Shown here piece after piece: positions 20,100-30,339 of a DNA stretch of 64,000 nt. How positions within the stretch are numbered: position 1 is the stretch's first letter; each line of letters opens with the position of its first letter. This DNA comes from Candidatus Omnitrophota bacterium (GTDB lineage: Bacteria > Omnitrophota > Gorgyraeia > Gygaellales > Profunditerraquicolaceae). The stretch lies in the NCBI GenBank assembly GCA_041661605.1, contig JBAZUE010000004.1, positions 7,217-71,216 of the forward strand, given 5' to 3'. A program made the translations under genes and the position numbers. The notes below the pieces were generated by a model. The model did not search any database. It had not been told where the DNA came from and was given only the letters and a program-made list of their open reading frames with translations.

Positions 20100-21584
20100 C
20101 TACCGGCGCTTCAGCCCGAATTGCATTACCGCGGTCTTTCGTTCCGTCTTCGACAGCACAACCGTCCAGGCGAGCACGCAAACGGCGAGCAACCCAAGCC
20201 ACAAGACGGCGATTGCGCTGGCCGAGTGCGTGTAGGCTAGCACCGAAGAGGTCAAGGACGTCGCAATGGTGACTCCGAAGACCAAGAGCACGGGGCGCAC
20301 TCTCGGCACAAGCGGAAAGACCCGTGTCGCAAGCCAAGTCGCGACCGAAGTCCTCGCCAGATGCGCCAGAAGGACTGCATGCGCCAGTCCAACGATCCCG
20401 AATAACTTCACCAGACTCGGACCTGCCACAAGTAACATGGCGAGGTAACTGCCCTGACTTATGAGCAGCAACAGCGACCGTTTTGAAAGACCGATGCCGA
20501 TGGCAGACACAGATTCCACTGATATCACTGCCATTCCCAGCGTCAGAGGCATTACCACCCCGACCGCTTCAACGTATTTCGGAGACGCGAACGTGATGAG
20601 CAACCATTCCGCGCTTATCCCGACGCCGAGTGCTACAACACAGAGCGTGACCGACCAGAACCGAAGCACGGCATCGTACGTGTCCCCCACGCCCTCCTGC
20701 CTGTGCAAGGCATATGAGAAGGGCCCCCATGCGGACTGAAACGCTGAAGCGGGAATGGACAGTAGCGCAGCAACCTTGAGTCCCGCCGCGTAAAGGCCCA
20801 ACGCATTTGGGCCTGCATTGCTCAACGCAATGCCACGTTCAATATTCGGCGCAAGAGCCGCGGCGACGCCGAGAATTCCGTAGGGCACGGCGAAGACAAG
20901 CATTTCTCGGCGATCGGCACCATCCGGCCACGTGAGGTGTGAGCGAACCAAGTACAGTCCGATAATCGAAAAGGTGCTGTTCACCACCAGGCCAACCATG
21001 ATGATTCCGCGAATGTCGGCGTCGAGAAACACCGTTGCAACCACTATTCCGGTCATCTGCGCGATGCCAATCCCGATCGACATCACAAAGACCGCCCCGC
21101 GACGAAAAGTCCATTTGAGCAGGTTGCCGACAAAATTCACAATCACAGCGAATGGTATCTGCAATACCGCCCATTGCAGGGCGTCAGCAAGATCCGGGCG
21201 CCCCATCATCTTTGCACTAATCCATGGGGCAGCAATCCAGATTGGCGGCAGAACGAGCAGCATCTGAAACAGCTTCATCACCAGAGCCTGCGATACGGCA
21301 TTTGCTCTACGAACAGGATCGTCCGAGTCATAGTAGAAGCGCACCATCGCCGAGTCCTGCCCAAATACCACCGCGACGCTTGCGAGGGTACCAAGGGTCA
21401 CCAGGAAATCGAGCGCACCGTATTCGGCTACACTGAAGTGACGCGCGAGCAACGGAAAGGTGATGATACCGAGCGCCTTTCCTACGGCCAGCATTCCGCC
21501 GTAGAAAAGTGCGTCTCTACTTAGGTGGCCTAACCGTCCGCGCAGGCTCGCGTCGATGAGCCGCCTCTCTTGATCACGTGCCAT
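20100..21584 (-). CDS. wzx: Wzx-type oligosaccharide flippase (polysaccharide biosynthesis protein, MOP superfamily)
   Basis: 494 aa, about 12 hydrophobic segments, N-terminus typical of PST-family flippases. Confidence 0.8.
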   Translation of the reverse strand: MARDQERRLIDASLRGRLGHLSRDALFYGGMLAVGKALGIITFPLLARHFSVAEYGALDFLVTLGTLASVAVVFGQDSAMVRFYYDSDDPVRRANAVSQALVMKLFQMLLVLPPIWIAAPWISAKMMGRPDLADALQWAVLQIPFAVIVNFVGNLLKWTFRRGAVFVMSIGIGIAQMTGIVVATVFLDADIRGIIMVGLVVNSTFSIIGLYLVRSHLTWPDGADRREMLVFAVPYGILGVAAALAPNIERGIALSNAGPNALGLYAAGLKVAALLSIPASAFQSAWGPFSYALHRQEGVGDTYDAVLRFWSVTLCVVALGVGISAEWLLITFASPKYVEAVGVVMPLTLGMAVISVESVSAIGIGLSKRSLLLLISQGSYLAMLLVAGPSLVKLFGIVGLAHAVLLAHLARTSVATWLATRVFPLVPRVRPVLLVFGVTIATSLTSSVLAYTHSASAIAVLWLGLLAVCVLAWTVVLSKTERKTAVMQFGLKRR

Positions 21585-21708
21585 CTAGTTCCACGTACCT
21601 CAGTTCCGGGAACACCAACAACGCTGGCCGGGCCATACAACGCCACGGCGTCAGCATGCTCGCTTGCAGTCGCAGAACGCCCTTGGTTGCGCACTGTCCT
21701 CACACGCA

Positions 21709-22026
21709 TCACGTATGGTAGTAGCGTACCATGGCGGAATCCTGTCCGAAGACCATCGCCTCAGTGACAATGGCACCAGTCGCCAAGAGAAAGGCCAACG
21801 CTCCGTACTCGCAGTTCGCGGAATGCCGGGCGAGCAGCGGAAGCGTGATGGTTCCCATCGCAGGACAGATCGCTTCCCCCCCATGCATCAGGGCATTCTT
21901 CCCGCGGTGCTTCAAGCGGTCCTCCAACCGCGCCACTGCAAGTTGACGCTTGCTATCGCTTGCCACGACACGCCTTCGGCGACGCCGAAGGCGCAGCTGG
22001 CCTGCGGCACCTGCGAGGAACGCCAC
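21709..22026 (-). pseudogene. Remnant of a wzx 5' end (divergent duplicate of the N-terminus of the adjacent flippase)
   Basis: LMHGGEAICPAMGTITLPLLARHSANCEYGALAFLLATGAIVTEAMVFGQDSAMVRYY aligns by eye with LFYGGMLAVGKALGIITFPLLARHFSVAEYGALDFLVTLGTLASVAVVFGQDSAMVRFYY of the 20100..21584 product. Confidence 0.7.
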
Positions 22027-22093
22027 GCTGGCCTGCGATGGGCTTCCCCGCAGCAGCGGACTGTAAACACATTTGCCGACGTGGCGCGCGCGC

Positions 22094-22330
22094 TCATTCG
22101 AACCGCGCGTTCACCCACGATGCAGGGTTGAGTCCTGTGACTTTCGTGAACAGATACTCCAACGGAAGCCGCGATCGGCTCACCTCGGCACTCGCGTAAA
22201 ACCCCTCGGCCAGTTCGACCATCTCATTGCTTCCGACGATCCGGCTGGCAGAGCGGATTCCGAGGACCATCATTGCATGGGCACTCGTGAGCATTGTCGC
22301 GCTAACCAAACGCGTCGTTGCTCGCGACAC
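22094..22330 (-). pseudogene. Fragment homologous to the middle of the Wzy-candidate gene 17963..19282
   Basis: MMVLGIRSASRIVGSNEMVE...LPLEYLFTKVTGLNPASW versus MNALGIFTESRVVGAAMLES...LFALLYLFSEVSGLNPRSW. Confidence 0.55.
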
Positions 22331-22392
22331 GGTCGCTCAATTGACTGAACGTACGGATCGGCGATCTTCAGGCGCCCACTCAAGAACCCGCA

Positions 22393-23145
22393 TCAAGAAG
22401 GCCGCCGCATCTTTAGCCTGAACAGGTTGCTGTGGAAGTACGCGAGGCTCCGGAGTCCAAATGGCCACTTGGGCAGCAGAGGGTGGTACATCCACTCTAT
22501 CTGCGGCTCAACATACCCCACCGACCGTAACAAGTCTCCCCACAACTCCGGAGTCTGGTGCTTGTGCCATTCGATCGTCGTGGCGAATGGATTCGTTAAT
22601 CCGATATCCGACCAGAAGGAACGACTTGAGCAATCAGCGATCACAACCACTCCACCAGGCGCGGTCAACGCAAAGAGGTGACGAAAGATGCCCAAGTAGG
22701 CCGCCCGTGCCCGGGGTGACCTACCCAATTCTATGCACATTGGCTCATCAAGATGGTTCACCGAGTGTCTCAGGACGACCACGTCGAAGCACTGACCTTC
22801 TGGCAGGTCCTGGACTGGCTTCTCGACGATTGAGATGACGTCCGCAGCGTCGGCGCGCTGAACAAGGCGCCGGAAATGTGCGAGAGGGCGTCCTGTCGCT
22901 CCATCGGCGGTCGGCTCCAACGCCACTACTGTCTTGGCTCCATGCAATGCTGCCCAGACGCTCGCAAGGCCGTTGCCTGCTCCAACCTCGAGGACAGATC
23001 GTCCGTCAAGATCGACATCCCGAAAAAACTGGCGCTCGAAGTACCTTGCCGTGCTAACCCCTCGTTTAAGCAGTCCAAGCTCACGGCCCAGCTCAATAAA
23101 GCGCTTGGTTCCCAAAGAGCGCACGTACTTTTGAGTCACGGTCAT
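22393..23145 (-). CDS. Class I SAM-dependent methyltransferase
   Basis: 250 aa with the VLEVGAGNGLAS motif I. Confidence 0.8.
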   Translation of the reverse strand: MTVTQKYVRSLGTKRFIELGRELGLLKRGVSTARYFERQFFRDVDLDGRSVLEVGAGNGLASVWAALHGAKTVVALEPTADGATGRPLAHFRRLVQRADAADVISIVEKPVQDLPEGQCFDVVVLRHSVNHLDEPMCIELGRSPRARAAYLGIFRHLFALTAPGGVVVIADCSSRSFWSDIGLTNPFATTIEWHKHQTPELWGDLLRSVGYVEPQIEWMYHPLLPKWPFGLRSLAYFHSNLFRLKMRRPS

Positions 23146-23360
23146 TCTTGCGGTCTCTTATAGTCTGGAGGTGGACCTGGCTTGCCCGATGTGTTGGCAG
23201 CATGCGGCTCGACAGGATTCGAGCGCGCCCGCACTCCCGAGGGTGTCACCGAACACCGAAATGCGGCCACTAAAGAACACTTGAAAAGCGGCCAGGCAAA
23301 TAGGCACAGAAGGGTGGTGTCATCGGCGCCTCGCGCGCAAGCGCGGGGCGTCGTGTGTGG

Positions 23361-24013
23361 TTAGTGGTCGGGCTCGGATTTCGTGCGCGTGCGGAGCCCA
23401 TAACTCTTGCCGACCATCTCGACGATCTCGGCTTGCGCGAGGAAGCGATCGAGGATCGCGGTCGCCACTGGCACATCACCGAGGAAGACGCCTCAGTCCT
23501 GCGTGAGTCGGTTCGTGGTGATCACGGTGGACGTGGTTTCGTGATGCCGCAGGATGAGTTCCAGCAGCTCCTCGCAGCCGTGGCGCCGAGCGTCTTCATG
23601 CCGAAGTCTTCGAGGTTGAGCAGGTCGACGCGTGTGAGCCGCTGCACCAGCTCGCGGCGGGTCCCCGTGGCATCGGCCTCGGCGAAGTCGGCGACGAGCT
23701 CGAAGGTACTGCGCACGAGCGCGCGGTGCCCCACCCTAATCGCCCCGACAGCGAGCGCGACCGCGCAGTCCGATCTGCCGACGGCGGGGGGGGGTGGGCC
23801 GATCAACAGCACGCCACGCTGCGTCTGCACGAAGCGTTCGCTAGCGAGCGTGGCGAGCTTCGTTTTCGGGAACTTCGGATTGTACGTCCAGTCGAAGGCG
23901 CTGAGACTATCTGGGCTGGTGATGCCGGCCTGCTTCAGCCGACTGGCGTCGAGCCGGACGGCACGGCGCACAAACGCGTACTCGACGAGGAGTTCCAGGA
24001 AGTCACACCGCAT
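23361..24013 (-). pseudogene. IS21-family IstB helper ATPase remnant (no IstA)
   Basis: IstB-like sequence with a degenerate P-loop (GPPPPAVGRS), a frameshift near 23575-23580 and an in-frame TGA at 23493-23495 (QD*GVFLGDVPVATAILDRFLAQAEIVEMVGKSYGLRTR...). Confidence 0.75.
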
Positions 24014-24020
24014 TCCAGGA

Positions 24021-25622
24021 TCAATGACGCTTTAGCAACGAGAGTTGATTTGCTCGCGCCACTTCACTGAACCCGGCCAACTCTCGCAACCCGTGCGCGT
24101 CTGGATTCGCGGCATCCAGAATAACGTGAGTCACACCATACTGCTTGACAGCCTCTCTGAACGGACCCGGACGCCAGTATGGAATCGCGCTGATCGCTTC
24201 GTCAATTCGATACCCAGCTACGATAGTGTCTGCTGACCACAAGCGCACGAAAGTCCACGGGTACTCCATTGCTCGTTTGACAATCTGATCGTTGTCTGAA
24301 GCTAGACACACCATCGCACCTCTACCCTCGCTGTCTCGTGCAATCCATCCGTATAGCTCCGCGAGACTCCCTCGAGCTCCTTCTGTTCTGGCACGCACTT
24401 TGTACCCTAGAAGCGCCTGCGTACCGCACAACACGACCGCGTAGATGACGACTCCGATCGCCGTGTCTTGCATCTCCCGTAACTCAAGCGCCTCGATGCC
24501 GGCGACCGCGACGAACGGTACAATCAGTTCCACGTATCGCTCCGGCTCACCGAGGAACCGAAGCGGGCGTACAGTTGTGAGCACAAAAACAAACGCACCT
24601 ACCATCACCACCTGGTCCATGAACGACGCGTGCCTTCCTGCGGCTACAGTCAGTGCAGAGAGCAATGCAATAGCGAACAACGGGTTCAGCAGGACGACGA
24701 CGACGACTGAGTTGTTATACGCATACAAAATGCCGCCGCTCCGACTGCTTCGCATGCGCATCCATATATCGTACACAAGATCGCGCCAGATACTGGGCCG
24801 CCGCTCGAATATGAACCTCGGGGCAAGGTAGAGTGCGTAGGAGCGCATAAACAGCAGCGTCCGCGTTACGTAGCTAACCGCATACCTTCGCTGCACCACC
24901 AAGAACATGCCAAGCCCTATGCCAGCGAACGCAAGCGGCCACGGATCTCGCCAAAGCAGCGCCCAAGTGATCGCGAATAGGACGAGTGCCTGAGTCGCAA
25001 ACGTATTGAACGCCCAGATCATGTATGCGACCAACACGATACCCACCGTATGAAGTGCGGACGTATCAGTAGGCGAAAACCCCGCATACAGGCCCCAGAA
25101 TATGGGGAATAACGCGACTCCCACTGGCCGGGCGCTGATGCCACTGTTCCTTGCATTGCTGATGTGGTAGTACTGCGGCGTAAAGACGATCGCCACAATG
25201 GCCAGTCCCCAGCCGACGGGCCGCGTTAGGCTAGAACTAAGGGGCAGTATGATCAGATACGTAGTGACAACGACCGCCGCGTTGGCAGCGCCGTTGATTG
25301 AGGCTGCAGCGATGCGCATTCGCTTCTCAGCAACGAATGACAGTAACCAGTGCAACGCCAGTGGGTACGCACTGCAGTAGGCGTCGTTTGCAATGCGAGG
25401 AATCCGCACAAACAGTCGATGACGATTCTCGCGGATCGCATTGATGAGGAACACGTGAACCGGGTGATCGCTGGTACTTCCGAGAAGCACCACTGTCTGG
25501 ATGACCGAGACAACGAATACGACCGTTGCAGCACAACACGCCAAGAGCGCTTCCGTACTCACAATCCGTCTCCTTGCCGCTCGTCGGCTTGACATCTTGA
25601 ATCCATTATGGCGCATGGACAT
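24021..25622 (-). CDS. Large polytopic membrane protein (second Wzy-type polymerase or GT-C candidate)
   Basis: 533 aa with many hydrophobic segments in the N-terminal 400 aa and a soluble C-terminal domain. No family recognised. Confidence 0.45.
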   Translation of the reverse strand: MSMRHNGFKMSSRRAARRRIVSTEALLACCAATVVFVVSVIQTVVLLGSTSDHPVHVFLINAIRENRHRLFVRIPRIANDAYCSAYPLALHWLLSFVAEKRMRIAAASINGAANAAVVVTTYLIILPLSSSLTRPVGWGLAIVAIVFTPQYYHISNARNSGISARPVGVALFPIFWGLYAGFSPTDTSALHTVGIVLVAYMIWAFNTFATQALVLFAITWALLWRDPWPLAFAGIGLGMFLVVQRRYAVSYVTRTLLFMRSYALYLAPRFIFERRPSIWRDLVYDIWMRMRSSRSGGILYAYNNSVVVVVLLNPLFAIALLSALTVAAGRHASFMDQVVMVGAFVFVLTTVRPLRFLGEPERYVELIVPFVAVAGIEALELREMQDTAIGVVIYAVVLCGTQALLGYKVRARTEGARGSLAELYGWIARDSEGRGAMVCLASDNDQIVKRAMEYPWTFVRLWSADTIVAGYRIDEAISAIPYWRPGPFREAVKQYGVTHVILDAANPDAHGLRELAGFSEVARANQLSLLKRH

Positions 25623-26078
25623 TCACAACAGGAAGACAACTTCCCGTTCGAACCTTCTGAGCACGCACCGCAGAGCCGTCGGTCTGTTGGCTTCCGGAGA
25701 GAAGACAGGACACCCTGCTCCCTCTTTCGCCGAGAAGCTGCGCGGTTCAGCTGAGAAGCAATCGCATACGCCGCAGACATCGCGTAGCCAGAGCGCGGCG
25801 CCTCACAAGTGAATCCGTATATCAACTCCATACGTTCAGCTGAAGCGGTCAAGAGTTAAAGTAGACATCCGGCGGACGGCTCCGCCTTCGTCGAGTCCGA
25901 ACTCAACGACGTCGCACCCGCCGCCTCAGTGGAGCCTCAGGCGGTAGCTCCGGCAATGACACACGGCTTACCGCCCAACGTGAGACGAAAGTCCCACGCA
26001 TGTGGTGAAATCGTGCGCGGCGACGCAGCAACGCTCGAGCTGATGGTCAGAAAGACACTCAGTGCGCCCGTGAGCGTA

Positions 26079-26852
26079 CTACCTGCCTTCGAGAGTTGCA
26101 TGCAGTTCGCGCGCGTCGGGGAAATTTACCAGCACGCCCATCCCTTTCTTCTGAAACACAACCATGCTGCCGAGCGCGACGGCGGAAGCTCGTCCGCAAT
26201 GCACTGCTTCGCCGATATGACCGATACTCCCGGCACCGCCGTGCGCAATGACGGGGACGCTAACAGCATCTGCGACGGAGCGAATGAGGCCTAGATCGAA
26301 GCCATTCCAAGACCCCTCACGATCGATCGACGTCAAGAGCAGTTCACCGGCCCCCCGTCGCTCCATCTCGACTGCCCATAACACTGGGTCACGATCGGTG
26401 TTGCGTCGCCCTGCTTCGATTCGGACGCTTGGCTTGCCGAACACATTGGTCTTTACGTCGACTGATGCAATCACGGCTTGACTCCCATAGGTCTGCGCAA
26501 TATCAGTGAGCAGTCGAGGCTGCACCAACGAAGCAGAGTTTACAGCCACTTTTTCAAAGCCGATATCGAACACCGACTTTGCATCATCAAGCGAGCGGAT
26601 GCCACCGCCGTAACCCAACGGCATGAAGCACTCGCTTGCGATGTCCGCGAGCAGCGGAAGATTTGGGCCGCGCCCCTCGGGTGTCGCGGTAATGTCCAGG
26701 AACAGCAGCTCGTCAACTTCAAGCTCATTGAAGATCCGCACCGTGTTACACGGGTCACCGACGTACGTGAACTTTCCAAACCGGGTAGTCTTCACCAAGC
26801 TTTCGCCGCGCAATAGCAGCACTGGGATGATCCGCGTGCGAAGACTGCTCAT
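26079..26852 (-). CDS. HisF-like cyclase subunit (WbuZ-type, acetamidino-sugar pathway)
   Basis: 257 aa. RIIPVLLLRGESLVKTTRF...GDPCNTVRIFNELEVDELLFLDI is HisF-like, located inside a polysaccharide locus next to a HisH-like gene. Confidence 0.85.
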   Translation of the reverse strand: MSSLRTRIIPVLLLRGESLVKTTRFGKFTYVGDPCNTVRIFNELEVDELLFLDITATPEGRGPNLPLLADIASECFMPLGYGGGIRSLDDAKSVFDIGFEKVAVNSASLVQPRLLTDIAQTYGSQAVIASVDVKTNVFGKPSVRIEAGRRNTDRDPVLWAVEMERRGAGELLLTSIDREGSWNGFDLGLIRSVADAVSVPVIAHGGAGSIGHIGEAVHCGRASAVALGSMVVFQKKGMGVLVNFPDARELHATLEGR

Positions 26853-27457
26853 AGTGCCGCGAAGTTCGCGAGAATCTGCATACCGAACCGGTGGCTCTTC
26901 TCCGGGTGGAACTGCACACCGAATACATTGTCGCGGGCGATCGCGGCGTCAAACTGCACCCCGTACTCACTGCGCATCAGCGAGTGCGCCGGCTCATCCA
27001 CCAGCACGTAATAGGAATGGACAAAATAGTAACGGGGTTCGAGCCCGACTCCCGCGGTGAGCGGACTCGGCAACCCAGGGTGTGCGATGTTCCATCCCAT
27101 GTGAGGCACCTTCAAGCGCCCATCTCGCGGAAAGCGCCTCGCTGTTCCAGCGATCCAGCCGAGTCCGCCAAGTTGCCCCTCCTCACTAGAGTTGGTGAGC
27201 AACTGCATTCCAAGGCAGACGCCAAGGATCGGAGTTCTCTCCTCAATTGCCTTCCGATCGAGTACTTCTCGGAGCCCCGGAACGCCGTTGATCCGCTGCA
27301 TGGCCGCGTCGAACGCGCCGACACCAGGCAGGATGAGCTTCGTGGCCGAACTGATAGCCGATGGATTCGACTCTACGACAGCTTTGACTCCTACTCGCCG
27401 CAACATGTTCACTAGCGAGCCAAGATTTCCCATGCCGTAATCGACAATCGTGGTCAT
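26849..27457 (-). CDS. HisH-like glutamine amidotransferase subunit (WbuY-type)
   Basis: 202 aa. IVDYGMGNLGSLVNML...LPGVGAF...GVCLGMQLL class I GATase motifs. Confidence 0.85.
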   Translation of the reverse strand: MTTIVDYGMGNLGSLVNMLRRVGVKAVVESNPSAISSATKLILPGVGAFDAAMQRINGVPGLREVLDRKAIEERTPILGVCLGMQLLTNSSEEGQLGGLGWIAGTARRFPRDGRLKVPHMGWNIAHPGLPSPLTAGVGLEPRYYFVHSYYVLVDEPAHSLMRSEYGVQFDAAIARDNVFGVQFHPEKSHRFGMQILANFAAL

Positions 27458-28740
27458 GAGGGCGTCTTTGCCGGAAAACAGTATTTTAGGTAGAAGCTCA
27501 TCGGAACAAGGTGTGCGCGCGCAAGCACGAAGAAGAGTGGGCGTAACCGCTCGAAACGGTGCTTGTAGGTACTGAAGTCAGTGAAGAATCTCGGTGGTCT
27601 CGCCATCACGTCCCAGAACTCCGCACTACTCATTTCAAACCGTTTCATCACGTAGCCGACCAACTCATCTTCGACGAACGGCGGCTCGGCATAAGCTTGG
27701 AACGCCTCCTCCCTCGTCATAAGTCCATTCCTCACCTGAGCTGACAGCGTATTGTTCCTTTGATCGAGCCCAAACTTTCTCGGCGTATAGAAACTATGAT
27801 GGAACGCGGACATCCTATTTTCCAGATGATGGCCGCCATAGTCCCTCCACCCACAGTTTGACTCTAGGAAGCGCCTAGCCTCAGCCTTTGAGTACGGCAA
27901 GTACCACAGGGGCCGAATCTTCCGGATGCGTTTGACCATCGACCAATAGAGAAACTTCCCGAACGACATGTTCGGGAACGTCCTCATTCGTCGACGCCCG
28001 AATCAGCGGTGCACCGATTTGATGTACCCGCCATCGATATACGCCTTGCCCATCGGGGCGACGCCTTCAGCGACAAACGAGTGCCCCTCAAACACATATT
28101 GAATGCCGTACTTGGAAGCAGCCCGAAACATCACTTCCGCCAGAGCAATGTCGGTTGGTCCGTCGATCTCCGGGACGCTTGCTAAGAAGAACGAACGGAA
28201 GATGTCTTCCGATTCCTTGTTATCACATACGTGGGTGTACAGATCAACGCCGAGCGCTGTCGTCACCCGACGAATGTTCTCTGTCGCAATCGAAGAATTG
28301 AAGGTGTTGTCGTAGTGAACAGCCAGGGGCCTGAGCCCAAAGCGCTTAGCTAGAAAGAGCATATACGACGAGTCTGTACCACCACTCACGCCAACCGCTA
28401 CATCATACTTCTTTCCCCTTCCCGCCTCTCGAATCCTGTCGACAATCCGGGCGAATTCTTGCTCGCCGGCCTTCTGCCCGGTTCCGTATCGCATTGCCAA
28501 CGCCTCAACCATTCGACAGTAGTTGCAGACACCCTCGTCGTCGAAGCTAATGTCCTGCAATGACGCATCGAAGATGCAACGCGTACAGATGCGAAGCCCA
28601 CTGCCGGGCAGGTCCCGTCCGCCGTACGCAACAGGCGTAGTGTCCTTCTCGCTGCCAGCCCCTGCGGTCAGCTTCTCCGACTCAGGCGTCCCTACACGCT
28701 CTTGAATGTCGGATTCGGAGCCACTTTCGCTGTTACCCAC
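27454..28740 (-). pseudogene. N-acetyl sugar amidotransferase (WbuX/WbpG-like PP-loop enzyme) split by an in-frame TGA at 28003-28005
   Basis: Track ORFs 28003..28740 (PP-loop SGGTDSS) and 27454..27987 are in the same frame: ...YIKSVHR-TGA-FGRRRMRTFPNMSF... As I recall, homologues are single ~380-aa proteins. Confidence 0.6.
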
Positions 28741-29269
28741 CCGATGCCCCCATCACTCTCGCTGGACATCCCGCTGCGATCGCGCTGTCAGCAACGTCAC
28801 GCGTGACTATCGCGCCGGCGCCAATGATGCAGCGGCGCCCGATACGCACGCCAGGCAAGATAATGGCACCAGCACCAATCCAGCTGTCGTCCCCGATTTC
28901 GACCGGCAATGTCCTTACGTGCCGGACCTGCACGACACGATCAGTGAGCAGTTCCGAGTTATTAGGAGACGACGCACAAATCACGAGTACGTTTGGAGAT
29001 ATCGCGACTCGCTCACCGATTGTCAGCAACGATTGATAGTCGTCTGACACAATGAACCCCGCATTGACCACGGCGCCGGCGCCAATCCGCACATTGCTAA
29101 GTCGAAGGATTGCCTTGCGGCATCGGTTGTCCGGATGGTGCGTCGCTACCCACCGTTGCAGCTTCAATGGCAACATCCGACACGTAGTCTCGAACGCACT
29201 CGCATCGAACGACTCGTAATCGAACATCAGCCGTGTCACTATCTCGCCGAACCGCGCTTCTGCATTCAT
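28733..29269 (-). CDS. Hexapeptide-repeat acetyltransferase
   Basis: 178 aa with LbH repeats (IGDDSWIGAGAIILPGVRIGRRCIIGAGAIV). Confidence 0.75.
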   Translation of the reverse strand: MNAEARFGEIVTRLMFDYESFDASAFETTCRMLPLKLQRWVATHHPDNRCRKAILRLSNVRIGAGAVVNAGFIVSDDYQSLLTIGERVAISPNVLVICASSPNNSELLTDRVVQVRHVRTLPVEIGDDSWIGAGAIILPGVRIGRRCIIGAGAIVTRDVADSAIAAGCPARVMGASGG

Positions 29270-30339
29270 TGGGAACGCCCAAGACTTGAGAAAGGCACCG
29301 TGTAGAAGAAGGGATACATCGCCAAGAGTTGCTCCGGCGACATCTGCTCAATCAACGCGCGATCTCGACGCAAACGGACGTGGTAGCGGTATTCCTGATC
29401 GCTGGTCCCCCATCGCGACTTGAACTGGTAGACCCCAACCTGACTCGTCCAAGTGCCGCCCCAGTTCCACAGTGACGATGCGCGTTCCGCCACCGCGTCG
29501 TGCATCGCCTGGAAGATCAAGGCACTGAGGGGCTGCTGGCTGCGATAAGCCTCATCGATTACTGGCGTGAAGTACTCGACGGTATCCTTGAAGTAGAATA
29601 CGAGCAGGGCAGATACAATTTCACCCTCGACTCTCGCGGTGTAGATGCGATAGTCGGTGTCAGGCTCAAACTCCTCATATATGGCCTCAAACGACTTCCA
29701 AGGCTTCGCGATACCGCCCATTGCCTTCATATTCTCTGCATGCAGTGTATGTAGACGCCGCAATGTCGAGAGTGAGCAATCGTGCCCTAGATCGAAACCG
29801 CTCTTGAGTCCTTTACGGACCATGTTTCTTGTTTTCGAATGGAAGCCGGCTAGGAGCCTCTCCTCGATGTCAGCATTACGTGCTCCGGCAGGCAACGGCG
29901 ACATTTGGCCGATGCGATAGTCTCGGTAGTCCGACTTCCAGCCATCGAGGCTGGCCCTCGCCGGATCAAGGGGCGACTCAATCAACGTTGCGCAGATCGC
30001 GTCAAGTTGCTCGCAGTATTCGCTGAACACCGCGAGCAACTCCTGTCGTACCTTGCTTGATGCCTCACTTCGCGCGATGATCGCGCCGTGACTCCCGTAG
30101 TATGGCAGACTATTCACGACCGGCCCGAGGGTACCATAGGCCACGAAGATCGGCAGCGCGGCGACCAAGTCGCCATCTTCGTACGCGATCAAATAGCGAT
30201 CCGACGCAGAACTGAGAAGCCTCCGGAGCATTCCTCGGTACCTCAAGGAATGCGTAAACATCGCTGCGGGTGCTGACGCTAAGAGCTGTGCGTATTCCGT
30301 CTCTTGGGCAGCCGACAGATCCAATATCTCAATCGCCAT
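29266..30339 (-). CDS. FemAB-like / GNAT-fold acyl or aminoacyl transferase
   Basis: About 357 aa from the internal ATG 30339 (MAIEILDL...), overlapping the stop of the upstream gene. Its size and FKSRWG-type C-terminal motif recall FemAB/BioF2-like GNAT proteins. Confidence 0.55.
   Translation of the reverse strand: MAIEILDLSAAQETEYAQLLASAPAAMFTHSLRYRGMLRRLLSSASDRYLIAYEDGDLVAALPIFVAYGTLGPVVNSLPYYGSHGAIIARSEASSKVRQELLAVFSEYCEQLDAICATLIESPLDPARASLDGWKSDYRDYRIGQMSPLPAGARNADIEERLLAGFHSKTRNMVRKGLKSGFDLGHDCSLSTLRRLHTLHAENMKAMGGIAKPWKSFEAIYEEFEPDTDYRIYTARVEGEIVSALLVFYFKDTVEYFTPVIDEAYRSQQPLSALIFQAMHDAVAERASSLWNWGGTWTSQVGVYQFKSRWGTSDQEYRYHVRLRRDRALIEQMSPEQLLAMYPFFYTVPFSSLGRSQ

Noticed and set aside
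23493-28005. TGA recoding (Trp/Gly/Sec) suggested by two in-frame TGA codons (IstB-like 23493-23495, amidotransferase 28003-28005)
   Set aside because: TGA is used as an ordinary stop for many well-supported genes here, such as the DUF3800 gene (44315-44317) and the vapC-like gene (50615-50617). I saw no SECIS-like hairpin directly downstream. The IstB copy carries other disabling lesions as well.
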